A stretch of DNA of 61,771 nt, the filler included, from Sphacelaria rigidula (lineage: Eukaryota), in assembly GCA_964200075.2 (NCBI GenBank). It is 8 parts of 8 records of this genome, joined end to end, with 100 filler letters (N's around TTAATTAATTAA, not from the genome) between each part and the next. Parts side by side here need not be neighbours in the genome. Positions count along the whole stretch, not along the records: positions 54,139 to 61,771 come from CAXNAA020014014.1; 7 more parts are not named here. The stretch is one strand, 5' to 3'. Both the position numbers and the translations under genes were made by a program. Every line of letters starts with the position of its first letter. The stretch's first letter is position 1. Positions 60,525 to 61,771 of the stretch are shown here, piece after piece. Below the pieces are notes generated by a model that was not told where the DNA came from, did not search any database, and was given only the letters and a program-made list of their open reading frames with translations.

Positions 60525-60764
60525 TTAGGCCGTTTCTTCCGGTTGGTTATTTCGCCTCATTATTTGCAAATAACGAGGGAAAATAATAAGATGGCTAGTT
60601 ACGGTTGGTTATTTCACAAGATTCTCGGGGAAAAAATACGAGACGGAGGACATTTTACGATTATTTTATCGATCGCATGTTATCGATCGAAAACGATTAT
60701 TTCTTGACCGGCAATCGGGTAACTCCTTTAGGGCATACCCGCCCCTCGGGTTAGTATAAATTCC

Positions 60765-61090
60765 TTTGTACAGAAATCACAGAACTGTCGCGTAATGGTA
60801 TGGGAGGCTTACAGAACTCACAGAAACTGTCGGGTAGGGGATGGAAGTTGCACAGAAAACCGTACCCGTAACCGGGTATCTTATCAAGAGCGTACCCTTG
60901 CTCACCGGTAACGGTACAACAGGAGGCTTACAGAGATTACAGAACTATCAGGTGCGGGTATGAAGGTCTTACAGAGATTACAGAACTGTCGTGTACCGGT
61001 GTGGAAGTCTTGCAGAGTTTGCAGAACTGTCGGGTACGGTAAATACCAGGCAAAATACCCCGGGTATACAGAAAACCGTACCCTACAAAA
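60765..61090 (+). repeat. About 40-bp minisatellite-like units (TTACAGA..ACAGAACTGTCGGGTA)
   Basis: Same family as 17535-17887. Confidence 0.78.
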
Positions 61091-61771
61091 CATGAACTTG
61101 GTATTATCATCACCTGTGTGGTGAGACATACGTCACTACAACAGTAGCGAAATACAGACGACAGTTCACGAGAACTCTAAACGGCTTCACGGGGTTGATC
61201 GAGATAGACAACACGGACAATCGCAGTGGTACATGCGCACGGGGATCGTCAACATCTACTGCCTCCACATACACTCCCATAGAGCAAGGAGCCTTCCAGA
61301 CTGGAATACCGTTTACACCCTCCCCCTCCCGGGGGTGGTCGAGAATGAGGAAAATCGATAAATGGTGTCCACAAACCCGTTTCTCCCTGTTTCTTCACCA
61401 GAACACGGAATTGAACGGTACCTTCATCACCACAGTGCTGGCCTTTACCCGAGTAGCCCAAAGCCGAGGAGTTTGGGCACATCCGTTGTTCTAGCGGCCG
61501 CAGGGAAGAGAACTTGGCTCCCAGTCAAGGTGACTGCTGGAAGATGACTTTGGGGTAGGTGTTACGATAGTGAGGCCGCGATGCTGGAGAGGGCCGCGTA
61601 CTCAAGACGTGAACCCGAGGGCGTTATGTCTGTCGATCAAGGAAAGTGTACCACGAGTCGTACGTGTTGCTGAGTGACACCAGAGGCATACACTACCGCT
61701 GTGACTTGACAGTATAATTCCAACCGGCATAAAAATGTTCTAACAGTACTCCCATGGTGTCAACCAATTGT

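Overview
Eukaryotic genomic DNA, most consistent with a brown alga (Phaeophyceae), judged from short exons, long TE-filled GT-AG introns and repeat families I recall from Ectocarpus-type genomes; the taxon is an inference. The window is not one locus. It consists of eight unrelated contigs (seven of 7634 bp and one of 7633 bp) joined by an artificial 100-bp linker (44 N + TTAATTAATTAA + 44 N), so gene neighbourhood across linkers means nothing. Most ORFs in the supplied track are spurious. Spliced host-gene fragments I could rebuild with consistent exon phases are: an NAD(P)-binding atypical SDR (4 exons), an FAD monooxygenase resembling kynurenine 3-monooxygenase (2 exons), a metzincin of the peptidyl-Asp metalloendopeptidase/M72 type (3 exons), a prohibitin (2 exons) and the first exon of a GT4 glycosyltransferase. 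The rest is a nested mobilome: a complete but decayed Ty3/Gypsy element with both LTRs and a 4-bp TSD, a chromodomain Gypsy end, a solo LTR, RTE LINEs, a tRNA-derived SINE and many MITE/foldback elements. The most unusual signal is a high-copy LINE family whose copies end a few bases after the ORF2 stop in a poly(C) tract rather than poly(A), often with C-rich sequence on the 5' side too, which suggests targeting of C/G homopolymer tracts. I found no convincing novel multi-gene system.
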